Assembly (NCBI GenBank): GCA_965178125.1
Contig: OZ237748.1
Coordinates: 372,001 to 436,000 of the forward strand
Length of the DNA: 64,000 nucleotides
Reading direction: 5' to 3'
Origin: Bilabrum cf. latius
Lineage: Eukaryota
In this document: piece by piece, positions 13,301-25,900 of the stretch
Numbering within the stretch: position 1 is the first letter of the stretch
Layout: each line of letters opens with the position of its first letter
The notes under the pieces: generated by a model
Databases searched by the model: none
Seen by the model: the letters and a program-made list of their open reading frames with translations, nothing else
What the model was told of the DNA's origin: nothing
Translations under genes and position numbers: made by a program

Positions 13301-15195
13301 TGGATCTCGGGACAGTGCTGCCACCCGAGGAACTGGAGACTGGGCTCATCGGCGGGCGAGGTCGAGTGATAGAGGCAGGGCCGGCCAAGCGGCGCCCCGG
13401 CCGCGCGTCTGTCTTTGCTGCCGGCCAGCTGCCCGACTCTGCCTCGATGGCCGCGATCGAGGCCGGGCGCATCCCTCCGCTGAACCCGCCAGCGGGCAAG
13501 GAGGGGGCAAGTCAAGGAGTCAACGGCTTCGTGTTCGCGGTGGAGGTAGCACGGCGGGGGGCGAGGGGCGCTGGCGGGGCAGGGGCAGAGGGAGGGCCTG
13601 GGTCTGGTGGTCGATCGCCCGTGCGGCTGGCGCTGAAAGGGCTGCTTCCCTTCGCGCAGGGCAACTCGTACTACTCAGACCGCGTGATTGGGCAGCACCG
13701 TGAGGAGTGGAGGGTGCCTCAGGTGGTGGGCGGGCATAGGAACATCGTGCCCGTTAGACACGCGTTCTTCGGGTCCTCCATGCTGGTGCTGCCATGGGTG
13801 GGTCCCATGTTCATGGAGGCGGGGCAGATCGTGGGGCGCACCACCTGGCTGGCCATGCCCCTGTACCCCACTAGCCTGAAATCGGCTGCAGGGGATGTGC
13901 CGTGCACGGGGCCCAGGGAAGCGGCGCTGTGGCTGCTGCAAGCACTCGAGGCGATCCAACACATGCAGACGATGGGGGCCGTGCACCGCGACATCAAGGC
14001 GGACAATTTCTTCCTGGCTGGGGATGGACGGCTTGTGCTGGGCGATTTCGGGGCGGGCTTTCTGCTCTTCCATGGGGGCAGGGCAGCCGAGCTTGAGGTG
14101 GAGTTCCAGGAGAGGCAGCGGCAGCAGGCGCAGGAGCACGCGGCCGCCATGGGTGCAGGTGCAGGTGCAGGGGCGGCTGATCCCGAGATGGGGGCAGCAG
14201 GTGCAGCAGCAGGGGGCGATGAAGAAGAGGAGGAAGAGGAAGAGGAAGAGGAAGAGGAAGAGGAAGAAGCTGGCGAGCTGCAGATCGTGCCCGGGGAGGC
14301 ATTCGAGCAAGCTGGTGAAGGGTCCAAGCTTACTGGCTTTATTACTTCCTTGATCAATGAAGGCGGTGCGGGAGACAGCCGATCCCCTGAGCTAATGGCC
14401 ATGGGCAAGCTGAAGGTCACCAAGGACTCGAGAGGAAAGCCGCTCGAGACGCTGGCCCAGGCCTACGAGATGTCCGATGCGTGGGCCGCGGCCAAGACCG
14501 TGTGGGGGCTGCTGGCGCAAGGGGACGCGGCTGCGTCTGCCCTCCCCGGCAACGACAGGCTGTACAAGGACTCTGCCATCCCGAGGCTGCCCCAGGCCGG
14601 CAGGGAGCTGGAGGCGATCCTGAGGGGGCTGCTGCAGTCGCTGCCCAGCAAGCGGCTGCGGCCCGAGAGCGCCATTGCCGCCCTGCGAGCCCTGCTGTAC
14701 GGGCCCGGGAGCTGGGAGCAGGTGCAGCGGGCGGCTGGGGAGGGTGAGGCTGCGAGCGGTGGGATGATGGGCGGGTCCAGCGGTGGAGGCTCTGGGGCTG
14801 CTTCGGGGGCGGGAGCGGGGGATGCTGCATCGGCGACAGCAGCGGGTGCTGGAGCGGGTGGGTCTGGGCTGGTGGAGCTGGTCCAGGGGCAGCTGTGGGA
14901 GTGCGCGGCTGTGGATGCGGGGCGCAGGGGGGTGGAGGGCGTGCCTGCTGCTGGATTGTGCTGGGGCCTGGCGGGGCCTGCTCCCATGGTGCGGCTGCCG
15001 ATCGGGGAGGAGGCGTATGGGGCGTTCGGGTGGGGCGAGCGGCGGTGCGTCCCAGGAGAGGCGAGCCTGTGGGACCGGTTCCTGCGGCGGGAGGTGCTGC
15101 TGCGGGGGGGCGGGCCGGATGGGTCTGCGGCTTGCATGGCCAAGGACTGCAGGAAGCTGGTGGAGGCGATGAGGAGGTTCGGGCAAGGAGAGTGA
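1306..15195 (+). CDS. Ankyrin repeat - coiled coil - protein kinase (array copy 1), about 1035 aa
   Basis: Exons 1306-1307 (AT), 1499-1592, 1970-2068, 3044-3142, 12226-12324, 12481-15195, all GT-AG. Ankyrin motifs TPVH/TPLH. Kinase motifs SQGVNGFVF, LALK, HRDIKADN, DFG, SPE, SDAW. Ends in TGA. One in-frame TAG in exon 1970-2068. Confidence 0.82.
5090..8925. repeat. 128-bp tandem satellite, about 30 units
   Basis: ORF-track periodicity of 128 (6892, 7020, 7148, 7276...). Homogeneous from about 6840, more diverged before that. Confidence 0.92.
9720..11690. repeat. 325-333-bp tandem array, 6 units
   Basis: Periods 325, 332, 325, 333, 329. A 7-bp insertion alternates between units. Confidence 0.92.
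12649..12995 (+). repeat. 42-bp coding repeat (QVQAKDQQLRERDA x8), coiled coil
   Basis: Eight KDQQLR units of 14 aa (two heptads) in the kinase exon. Confidence 0.9.
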
Positions 15196-15285
15196 TGGGA
15201 GCTGGTGGAGGCGATGAGGAGGTTCGGGCAAGGAGAGTGATGGGAGCTGGTGGAGGCGATAAGGAGGTTCGGGCAAGGAGAGTGA
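15155..15285 (+). repeat. 45-bp triplication of the kinase gene's stop-containing end
   Basis: GGAGAGTGA ends at 15195, 15240 and 15285. Confidence 0.92.
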
Positions 15286-15763
15286 TGACCGCTTGTGGAG
15301 CTGATGGGGGGCTTTTCCTTCGTCGCCGAGCTGCAGAAATGGAGGCTACTGGAAAAGGGGGCCTGATGTGTTTGGTCATGAAATTTGAAATTGGGGCCGG
15401 AGCTTGTCTTGAAATGGCAGCTCGGGCCACTGCTTGCTTGCTGTAACTGACTGTATAAAGATAAATCCAAATGGATCAAGTTGACTGCATCATTGGTGCA
15501 TCGCCCAATGTTTGTTGTCAAAGCAAATATGTGCAAACAACACCCTTCGATTATGATGGCTACCATACTAATATAGTAATCAAACTTATTGATACAATAA
15601 AAACGACAGTTTCATCTACATGGACCGCGGCAAAAGCCCAGACGTGATCCGGGCGCCTGACCGGACGTGCGCGGCGCCAAAATAAGTTCCGCACACACAA
15701 ATATGGTCGGCTGCTGCAACCGCTTCCTGGAAGGCACTAGTCCGATTGTTATATCAGTTTGAG

Positions 15764-18700
15764 ATGTGAGAAAGTTTGTGTTTTTATTTTAGTACCGGTA
15801 CAACTTGTAGAGTCTGATACTGCTCCGTAGCAGCTGTTGTATCCTCGCTACCTATGGTGCGTTGAGATCTCCTCGTGGATTCGATCCATATGAGTCTGCT
15901 TGACGCGGTACATACAATTAGTTGGTAAATGGTCAAGTTTTGCAGGGGAGACGCACTTCAATCAGCAGCCGAGTATGGCAAGGTGGACGACCTGAGGGCT
16001 TGCCTGGATTCGGGGACGGACATCGAATCCAAAGATAGCGTGAGATTGAGCTATACTGGTCGAGCTGTTGGATTCCTTCTTGGGTTGATATAAGTGTTAA
16101 GACCGGAAGGTCCACGTACAGGCGGTTTTGTAGCTCACCAGTGATGGTATGAGGGCGGTCCACCATTGGATACCTGTTGCACGCCATCGATTCATCGGCG
16201 AGCTAAATCAGGGGGCGAGTCGGGGGAGCTAATTTGATTCAGGTGTAATGGTGTGCGTACATGACAGTGACATACACCTCTTCTTCTGCATGCTCTCCGC
16301 GCCTGGCCATCAGCGGATCTTCATCCCCCGCCACCATGTTGCTCCCTTCCCTCGGGGTCTGGTTGCCATCCACGGCTACCCACCAACGGTTTTATCTGTC
16401 TTGGTGCATCGCAGTATGGTAAGACAGCAGCATGGAAGGCTGCATACAATGGCAAGACGGACTGCCTGTAGCTGCTCATCGAGAGGGGCGCCAACGTGAA
16501 CGCTGCCGACATCGTGAGAGAGATAGGCTACCTGGCCAACAGGACTGGTTGTAGTCGATACTTGGGATATTTGATTTGGCTTGAGAGATTATTATACTGT
16601 TTGTATCCGTTCAAGTGGCTAGCATAGCATCTAGCTAGCTCCTCGTCGATCGGACCGGGCCTCCGAGCAGGTGCTCCCCGGTGGTGACTGACGAGGTCTC
16701 AAGGGGAGGCGCGATTTGTTGTTGATGTCTTGTGGATGTGGTCGATTCTATGTTGGTATGACTAAACCATGCATGTCTTCTAGTATTGGTGCTTAGTTTA
16801 GCCATCGTTAAGCTCCGCCCAGCTGTCCCACGTGGCTCTCGTGATGGGTGGGGCAGGCGGGTGGTGGCTTGCGGGATGCGGATTCACCCGAGTTGTGTCT
16901 GGGTTTAGAAGGCAAATGCCAATTACATGGTTGACTTTGTGTATTTCCTTTGTTCAAGGTTGGTTGTCGATCGATGGCAGCTCCCCGGGGGAAGACACGA
17001 TTGGCCTGTTTGACGAGTATCAGCTCGACCCTCATTGCCTGGCTTGCGCCACCGATGGGCAGAGTTCAACGAGTTTGCATTAATCAGTACATAAACACTA
17101 TGACATAAATGTGATTAATTTGAGTCATACGTCTTTCAGGACCTGCAAAGCGGTCGAGGCGGCTGCTGCCCGTCCCCCCAGAGGGCCCCTCGGCTATCTC
17201 AGCCCCCAGGCGGATTCAGAGGCCGGGACCGGTCCCTGTCGCGATGAAATGGCTTGATAGGAAGATTAGTATATGTTCGGATTCGTATTTCAGTGATTTT
17301 GTCCCTCAAGCGGGAATCGATCCGGGGACTGCGCCCCTAGGGCCCAGAGCGACTCCCACCGGTCCGTCCCAAAGCCCTCCCACTACACCCCCATCATTCG
17401 CCCCATGCCCACACACATCCACACCCACACCTTACCCAAACACCCCCCCTGCTTACCCCCACTCCCTGTCTCCCATCCCCCCACCACAGTTTGGCCGCAC
17501 ACCTGTTCATGAGGCATCCGCGAATGGGCACGATGAGTGCCTTCGATTGCTGCTTGAAAATGGGGGGGAAGCGAACGCGGTGCACGAGGTGAGAGAGAGA
17601 GAAATATGTTGAGGGAGAGGTTGGTCTTGTGTGTGCGTGCTTGTGTGTTGGATGGATGTGTGTGTGTCTGTCCGGCTTGGAATTGCCCGCTCCCGGGTCC
17701 AAGACCCGCTGGGAGGTCCCGGGCAGGGTCAGCTGTTCATTCGCGAACGTTCAGCTGATACTGGCGTGATCCTGTGATCGACCGGCGAGGTGTCATTCCG
17801 GTTCGAGTCTACACTGGGGCAAGAGAGAGATCAGCCTCTGCGCTAGACAGGATTAGCAAAGAAATGCAGAAGCAGCCTAAGCCAGTAGCTTTCTTCTCTG
17901 GCACGGCCTGCGACGCTAAGATTCGACGCAGCTCAGGGCACAACGAGTCCGCTCCTGCTGCGTCGACGGATTGAGCCTGGACACTTGTGCGCGTATCTCG
18001 GGCTGTAGGTATGGTATGGTATCATGGTTTGGACCCATCGGCGTGATTTTGGGAGCGCAATACTGCGATTATAATCGACTCCGGACTCGATTGGTCGCAT
18101 TGGATCGCCATTCCGAAGCGATTGGTTGCTTTCAAAAGGTTCAGAGAGCTTCGTTCTTGTCAAAATGTGGATGATTATCTTTATTAAGTCACCTTATGCC
18201 GGATTGACCGGTTCCGGAAGGAAGTAGCTGCACTCGCCTGGCCAAGCCATGGCTGGTGATCGATGGTCCATTCGATTCTCAAGCGGAGAACAGTTGGCTC
18301 TGCTAGCAGGTCCGATTGTTATCATCATTGTGTAGTTCGCTCTTTTGGCATGTTCTTTGAGGCGGGGGGATGTTTCAAATTGGGAGTCGGAGCGCTCGGA
18401 GAGTTCCGGTTTGATCGGACCGTGGAGATGTGGCGCTGGAATCGTGGCACCTTGTTGGGAGCACGCGCACCAACCAGCGCAGAAAGAGAGACGCCTGCAA
18501 CACAAGGTAACACGCACTGAGTGAAGAAGGCGTACAACGGAAGTTGATAAATAGCTGACTGTGCATATCCAGCCGAGTAGGTCCTCCTGCTTTGGATGCT
18601 TGCGAGAACAGTGGGCGTCGATGAGCGTTTAATTGGCGATGAAGCGATACATGATGCATGATTTAGGTTTATTGTATGGCGATTCTGATGCTTGGCGGGC

Positions 18701-20072
18701 CTTGGACTGTGTGTCTGAACGGCTCTGTCCGGTTCGTTCTGGCGAAGCTTCGCTAGCATCGGATCACCCAAGATCGGGATTTTGGGCTGCTTTGCCAGTG
18801 GAAATTAATTTGCTTGGTTTGTTTGTGTATGGATCCTGTATTGAAATACTTGGTTTGCGTAGAGCTTGCTGACAGCGCAACTGGATGCTGTGTGATCAGT
18901 TTTCTGCAGTCGTTTGAGCACAGCACCTGAACCGGGCAGGGTCAGCTGTTCATTCGCGAACGTTCAGCTGATACTGGCGTGATCCTGTGATCGACCGGCG
19001 AGGTGTCATTCCGGTTCGAGTCTACACTGGGGCAAGAGAGAGATCAGCCTCTGCGCTAGACAGGATTAGCAAAGAAATGCAGAAGCAGCCCAAGCCAGTA
19101 GCGTTCTTCTCTGGCACGGCCTGTGACGCTAAGATGCGACGCAGCTCATCTCCGAGCAAGCATTACAGGATCTATGTGAATGCAGCTCGACTTAATCGGC
19201 ACTGCCTGGTCTGGAGCCGCGATGGATTCAAAATTGTTTTCATTTTTCAGGTACCGGAAAAACTTGGTTTGCTTGATTGCCGTTAGTGGTGGTTTCGCAG
19301 TGCACCTGGTGCTACCTGTCGGTCGTCGGCTCGCTGCCGGACCGCTGCCGCACCAGGCCGAGTTTATCGGTGGTTGTGATGTTGCATATATTCAAGCTCT
19401 CAAAGATCGATCGGTCGGGCAATCGTTTGAGATAATCCGTGTTGGCCCATGACCTTACAGAACCGTCCGATTTTCCCGCAGTGGGTAGACACTCCCCTCC
19501 ACTGGGCAGCGTACTATGGCCACACCGCCTGTGCCACGATCCTCATGGAGGCAGGGGCCCGCAGGGACATCAAAAACATAGTGAGCTTCCACAGATGCAT
19601 CGCAATGGCACTTGATTCCCAAATGCTCATCAAGCTATCCAAGGGATCGAAGAACCCTCCCACCCACGAATCCACCCCCCGCACATCTTTGACCCCATGA
19701 CTCCTGTCTCCGTCGCTTTCTTTGATCGAGCAGAGAGGCGAGACTCCTACCAAGAAAGCAGACTCCAATGGCAAGTCCGAGGCAGCTACCACCATCCGGT
19801 TATTCATCCGCTCTAAGATTCGAAGAGCCATGTGCTGGAGGAGGGCAGTGGAGGCCAAGAGGGATGCATCGATGGTGTTCAGGGCAGCGAGCACTGGCAG
19901 GCCCATGGAGCTTGAAAAGAGGCTGAGGTTGGGCAAGCTGGCTGGTGGGTTGGAGATGAAGGGAATACCAATGTACGGCAGTGGGAGCTCTAGGCTGGTG
20001 TTTCCACTGGGGGCAGCCAGGCTTGGTGGGCACGACGATTGCGTGAAGCTGCTCCAGGAGGCCTAGGGATGA
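15764..20072 (+). CDS. Ankyrin-repeat protein, copy 2
   Basis: Exons 15764-15765, 15946-16039, 16415-16513, 17490-17588, 19482-19580, 19734-20072. GT-AG throughout. Ends EA[TAG]G-TGA. Confidence 0.8.
17720..17950. mobile_element. Short hairpin-led insertion, family 1
   Basis: Starts cgggcagggTCAGCTG...CAGCTGA. Absent from paralogous introns. Other copies start at 18933, 42685 and 48019. Confidence 0.75.
18371..18563. mobile_element. Short insertion, family 2
   Basis: Starts tgtttcaaaYtgggagtcggagcgc, shared with 41699-41814. Interrupts the intron consensus gggggg(t)catatcc. No TSD. Confidence 0.6.
18933..19170. mobile_element. Short hairpin-led insertion, family 1
   Basis: Near-identical to the 17720 copy for about 215 bp. 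Interrupts cacctgaac|tct. Right end approximate. Confidence 0.75.
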
Positions 20073-21720
20073 GATCTAGGCTGCTGCTTCCACTGGGGGC
20101 AGCCAGGCTGGGAGGGCACGACGATTGCGTGAAGCTGCTGCAGGAGGCCTAGGGATGAGGTCTTGGCTGGTGCTTCCACTGGAGGCAGCCAGGCTGGGAG
20201 GGCATGACGATTGCGTGAAGCTGCTGCTGGAGGCCTAGGGATGAGCTCTAGGCTGGTGCTTCCACTGGAGGCAGCCAGGCTGGGAGGGCATGATAATTGC
20301 GTGAAGCTGCTGCAGGAGGCCTAGGGACGAGCTCTAGGCTGGTGCTTCCACTGGGGGCAGCCAGGCTGGGAGGGCATGACGATTGCGTGAAGCTGCTGCA
20401 GGAGGCCTAGGGATGAGATCTAGGCTGGTGCTTCCACTGGAGGCAGCCAGGCTGGGAAGGCACGACGATTGCGTGAAGCTGCTGCAGGAGGCCTATGGAT
20501 GAGGGCAAGGCTGGTACTTCCACTGGAGGCAGCCAGGCTGGGAGGGCATGACGATTGCGTGAAGCTGCTGCAGGAGGCCTAGGGATGAGGTCTAGGCTGG
20601 TACTTCCACTGGAGGCTACCAGGCTGGGAGGGCATGACGATTGCGTGAAGCTGCTGCAGGAGGCCTAGGGATGAGATCTAGGCTGGTGCTTCCACTGGAG
20701 GCAGCCAGGCTGGGTGGGCACGACGATTGCGTAAAGCTGCTGCAGGAGGCCTAGGGATGAGATCTAGGCTGCTGCTTCCACTGGGGGCAGCCAGGCTGGG
20801 AGGGCACGACGATTGCGTGAAGCTGCTGCAGGAGGCCTAGGGATGAGGTCTTGGCTGGTGCTTCCACTGGAGGCAGCCAGGCTGGGAGGGCATGACGATT
20901 GCGTGAAGCTGCTGCTGGAGGCCTAGGGATGAGCTCTAGGCTGGTGCTTCCACTGGAGGCAGCCAGGCTGGGTGGGCACAACGATTGCGTGAAGCTGCTG
21001 CAGGAGGCCGAGGGATGAGGTCTAGGCTGGTGCGTCCACTGGAGGCAGCCAGGCTGGGAGGGCACGACGATTGCGTGAAGCTGCTGCAGGAGGCCTAGGG
21101 ATGAGGTCTAGGCTGGTGCTTCCACTGGAGGTAGCCAGGCTGCGTGGGCATGACGATTGCGTGAAGCTGCTGCAGGAGGCCTAGGGATGAGATCTAGGCT
21201 GGTGCGTCCACTGAAGGCAGCCAGGCTGGGAGGGCACGATGATTGCGTGAAGCTGCTGCAGGAGGCCTAGGGATGAGATCTAGGCTGGTGCTTCCACTGG
21301 AGGCAGCCAGGCTGGGTGGGTACGACGATTGCGTTAAGCTGCTGCAGGAAGCCTAGGGATGAGATCTAGGCTGGTGCTTCCACTGGGGGCAGCCAGGCTG
21401 GGAGGGCACGACGATTGCGTGAAGCTGCTGCAGGAGGCCTAGGGATGAGGTCTAGGCTGGTGCTTCCACTGGAGGCATCCAGTCTGGGAGGGCACGACGA
21501 TTGCGTGAAGCTGCTGCAGGAGGCCTAGGGATGAGATCTAGGCAGGTGCTTCCACTGGAGGCTACCAGGCTGGGTGGGTACGACGATTGCGTGAAGCTGC
21601 TGCAGGAGGCCTCGGGATGAGGTCTAGGCAGGTGCTTCCACTGGAGGCAGCCAGGCTGGGAGGGCACGACGATTGCGTGAAGCTGCTGCAGGAGGACTAG
21701 GGATGAGGTCTTGGCTGGTG
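19990..21720 (+). repeat. 86-bp tandem array (about 20 units) of the last coding segment plus stop of copy 2
   Basis: Unit ctaggctggtgcttccactggaggcagccaggctgg...gaggcctagggatgagRt. TAG at 20064, 20150 and onward. Confidence 0.95.
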
Positions 21721-22955
21721 AGGAGGAGGATCCTGCGGCGGGCGGGTCCGTGGACGTGGTGGAGGCGTGGGTGAGGGAGCAGCGGCTGCGGCTGTGCGAG
21801 GCCGAGCACCGGCGGGCCCCTCTGTCGCGGGCCGCGCTGGTGGGTCACCGGGCAGCCATCGAGGCGTAGGCAGGGGAAGCAGTCGCTATCGGATGCCGCC
21901 CCTGCGAGTGGCTCGAGCTCTGAATTAAACGGCGCCATCAAGGGGCAGACGAGGGGCAGAAGGGGGAGGGGTGGGGGCAAACGCGGAAAGGGCGGGGACG
22001 GAAGTGGAATGGGCGAGCGGCTAGCCGTGGCGGGCAAGGGCATGGGGTGGGTCCAGCGAGGACGAGTACGACCCAGCGGATGCCTCGAAGTGGCCCGACC
22101 CCCCTGCACTGGTCCTCTCGCAGATCGACCCGAATGGGGGTGCCCTCGCGATAGGCAGCGCAATACATAGAGGCATTTGCGGGAGCCATGGCGGAGGACT
22201 GGGGGTGGCTCCGCGACGGGAGGGCCGATGACGAGGGGGGCGCGGGGGTCTCAATGGCGGGCGACGAGGAGGGGAAGGGTGTGGCTGCTGCTATGGGGGA
22301 TGAACACAATGGCAGTGATGTCGCCCTCGATACGATGCGCGAGGAAATTCCCGATTTCGAGGCACTGATCGATGACGAGGGGGACGACGCGGAGGACGCG
22401 CCTCGGGCGGCCAGGGGGGTAGCGGCTGTGTTGGCCAGCAAGCAGCTCTAGGCGTCCGACGCGATCGTAGGGAAGAAGTCCCCCTTGCTGCTAGACGCGA
22501 AGAAGGCATCTGAGCGCCCTGCCAGCTCCGGGGTGGGGGGGGGGGGGCAACGGCCTGGCGTGGCCTGCCAGTGCCGTATTGGGGTGGCTGGACCCGTTCT
22601 AGGCAAACCCCCGCACTGCCTCGCCAGGTCGGGGGTGCTCCATGCAGTCCATGCGATCGAAATGCAATGCAACAACAGGCTGCATCCTCGGACATGCGGC
22701 TGGAGCCGAATTCGGACATCTTGCAACAATCGATGTATACCGCTTGTCGATACAAATGTTATAATTAAGTACAGTGACACAATGAAATAGACAGTTTCAT
22801 CTACATGGACTGCGCCAGAGGCCCATACGTGATCTGGGCGCCTCTCCGGCAGTGCGCGGCGCCAAAACAGGTTCCGCTCACTTGAATGTGCCCAGCCGCC
22901 GCTAACGAGACTATCCTCTTGAAAGGCGCTGGTCCCATTGAGGCAGCAGTTTGAG

Positions 22956-25900
22956 ATGTAAGATAGTGTGTGATAATATTTTGCCACCGGTACAACTTGT
23001 TGAGGCTGATGCCGCTTCGTAGCAGCTTTTGTATCCTAGCTATGGTGCGTTGAGATCTGCTCGTGGATTTGATCCACATGAGTCTGCTTGACGCAATATA
23101 TACAATATTTTGGTAAATCTCCAAGTTTCGCAGGGTAGCCGCACTTCTCATAGCAGCTAAAAATGGCAAGGTGGACGACCTGAGGGCCTGCCTGGATTCG
23201 GGAACGGACATCGAATCCAAAGATAGCGTGAGATAGAGCTCTACTGGTCGAGCTGTTAGATTCTTTTTTTGAGTCTTTATTAATGTGAAGACCTGAAGGT
23301 CCACGTACAGGCTGTTTCGGAGCTCACCAGTGATGGTATGATGGCGATCGACCATTGAAGACCTGACGCACGCCATCGTTTCATCGGCGAGCTACATTAG
23401 GGGGCGATACGGGGAAGTTTATTTGATTCAGGTGTAATGGTGTGCGTACATGACAGTGACATGCACCTCTTCTTCTGCACGCTCTCCGCGCCTGGCCATC
23501 AGCGGATCCTCACCCCCCGCCACCGCGTTGCTCCCTTCCCTCGGGGTCTGCTTGCCATCCACGGCTTTCTACCAACGGTTAAAACTTTCTTTGGTGCATC
23601 GCAGTTTGGTCGGACAGCTGCATACTGTGCTGCACGCTATAGCAAGACGGACTGCCTGTAGCTGCTGCTCATCGAGAGGGGCGCCAACGTGAACGCTGCC
23701 ACCAACGTGAGAGAGAGAGGCTGCCTGCCCACCAGGGGGGGTTGCAGGTGGTACCTGGGTTATTCGAGTTGGCGTTAGAGCTTATTATACTATTTGTACC
23801 CGTTCAAGTGGCTGACACGACATCTAGCTAGCTCCTCGTCGATCGAGCCGGGCCGGACCCCCGAGGCTAGTGCTCCCCTGGTGACTAATGAGGTCTCAAG
23901 AGGAGGCGCGATTTGTTCTTGTTGTATTGTGGATGCGGTCGATTTCATGTTGGTATGATTAAATCATGCATGTCTTGAAGTAGTGGTACGAGGCACATTG
24001 GCCATGGCTCAGCTCCGCCCGGCTGGACCACCTGGCTCCCGTGCTGGGTGGGGCAGGTAAGTGGTGGCTTGCGGGATGTGGATACACAAGGATCGTGTTT
24101 AGTTTTTCGAGGCGAATGCCAATTAAATGGTTGACTTTGTATACTTTCTTTAGTTTAAGGTTGGTTGTCGTTCGATGGCAGCTCCCCGGGGGAGAACAGG
24201 ATTGGCCTGTGTGACGAGCATTCATCTCGATCCTCATTGCCTGGTTTGCGCCTCCGATGGACGGAGTTCAATGGATCTGCACTGATCAGTACATACATAG
24301 TACAACCTAGGTGTGATTAGTTTGAGTCATTTGTCTTCCAGGACCTGCACAGCCGGCGAGGCGGCCGCTGCCCGTCCCCCCAGAGGGCCCCTCGGCTATC
24401 TCAGCCCCCAGGCGGACTCAGAGGCCGGGCTCGGTCCCTGTCGTGATGGAATGGCTTGATAGGATGATTGGTGTATGTTTGGATTGGTTTTGATTTTAAT
24501 GATTTTGTCCCTCGAGCGGGAATCGATCCGGGGACTGCGCCCCTAGGGCCCAGAGCGTCTCCCACGGGTTCATCCCGACGGCCCCCTCACACCCCCATCA
24601 CCTGCCCCATACCCACACACATCCACACCCACACCCACCCCCCCTGCTTCCCCCCACCCCTTGTCTCCCATCCCCCCACCGTAGTATGGCAATACACCCG
24701 TTCATGTGGCATCAGTGAGTGGGCACGATGACTGCCTTCGGGTGCTGGTTGAAAATGGGGGGGACGCGAATGCGGTGGATAATGTGAGAGAGAATATAAT
24801 ATGTCTGAGTCAAAGCACACATTACCCAACTACAACGACCACCCCAAGAGGCAGAGAGATAAATATGTTGAGGGACAGGTTGATTTTGTGTGTGTGTGCT
24901 TGTTTGTTGGATGGGTGTGTGTGTCTGCCCGGCTTTGGATTGCCCGCTCCCGGGTCCGAGACCCGCTGGCAGGCCCCTTCGTGGTGCTCCCGCTGCGTTG
25001 ACGGATTGGGGCCGGACACTTGTGCGCGTATCTCGGGCTGAAGGCATGGCATGGTATCATGGTTTGGATTCATCGGCTCGATTTTGGAAGCGCAATTCCG
25101 GGATCTGATTCGACGCCGGATCCGAATGGTCGCATCGGATCGCCGATCGGGAGCGATTGGTTGCTTTCAAAAGGTTGTTTTCATTGTTGTGTAATTCGTC
25201 CTTTTGGCATGTTATTTGAGGCGGGGGGACATTTCCAGCCGAGTAGGTCCTCCTGCTTTGGTTGCCTGCGAGAACAGAGGTCGTCCATGAGTGTTTGTTC
25301 GGCAATAAAGCGATGCCTGATGTGGTTTATTGTATGGTATTTATAATAAATCGAACTTGTTTGGGCCAGATCGATGGTGGCTTTGATGCTTGGCGGGCCT
25401 TGGACTGGTGTCTGCATGATGCAACTGGATGCTCTGTGTATGGTATCCTGCCTTCCTACCAGCATGGCACCTGAACTCTGTTGAATCAGCCGTCTCGAAC
25501 GGCACTGGCTAGTCTTAAGAAGCAATGGATTCGTTGCAATGTAAGTGTATCTGGTATTGCACTTATGCCTGTGGATTGCTTGGATTGTGACCAATGAGCT
25601 GCACATCCGGCGAGGCGGCCGCTGCCCGTCCCCCCAGAGGGCCCCTCGGCTATCTCAGCCCCCAGGCGGATTCAGAGGACGGGACCGGTCCCTATCGTGA
25701 TGAAATGGCTTGACAGGAAGATTGATGTATGTTTGGACTGGTTTTGATTTTAATGATTATGTCCCTCGAGCGGGAATCGATCCGGGGACTGCGCCCCTAG
25801 GGCCCAGAGCGTCTCCCACCGGTCCGTCCCAGCGCGCCCCCCACACCCCCAGCACCCACCCCATGCACATACATCCACACCCACAGCCTCCCCAAGCACA

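Noticed and set aside
12511-15566. Long minus-strand ORFs opposite the kinase
   Set aside because: Antisense shadows of GC-rich coding sequence with no motifs.
16686-16720. Hammerhead ribozyme at ctgacgaggtctc (also ctgacgaagc in the 325-bp repeats)
   Set aside because: CUGANGA is present but there is no GAAA after a stem II.
17760-17820. tRNA gene or tRNA-derived SINE (ggttcgagtc, B-box-like)
   Set aside because: No cloverleaf, TSD or A-tail seen. A Pol III box cannot be excluded.
19990-21720. CRISPR array
   Set aside because: Contiguous 86-bp units without unique spacers, derived from the gene's own 3' end. Eukaryotic context and no cas genes.
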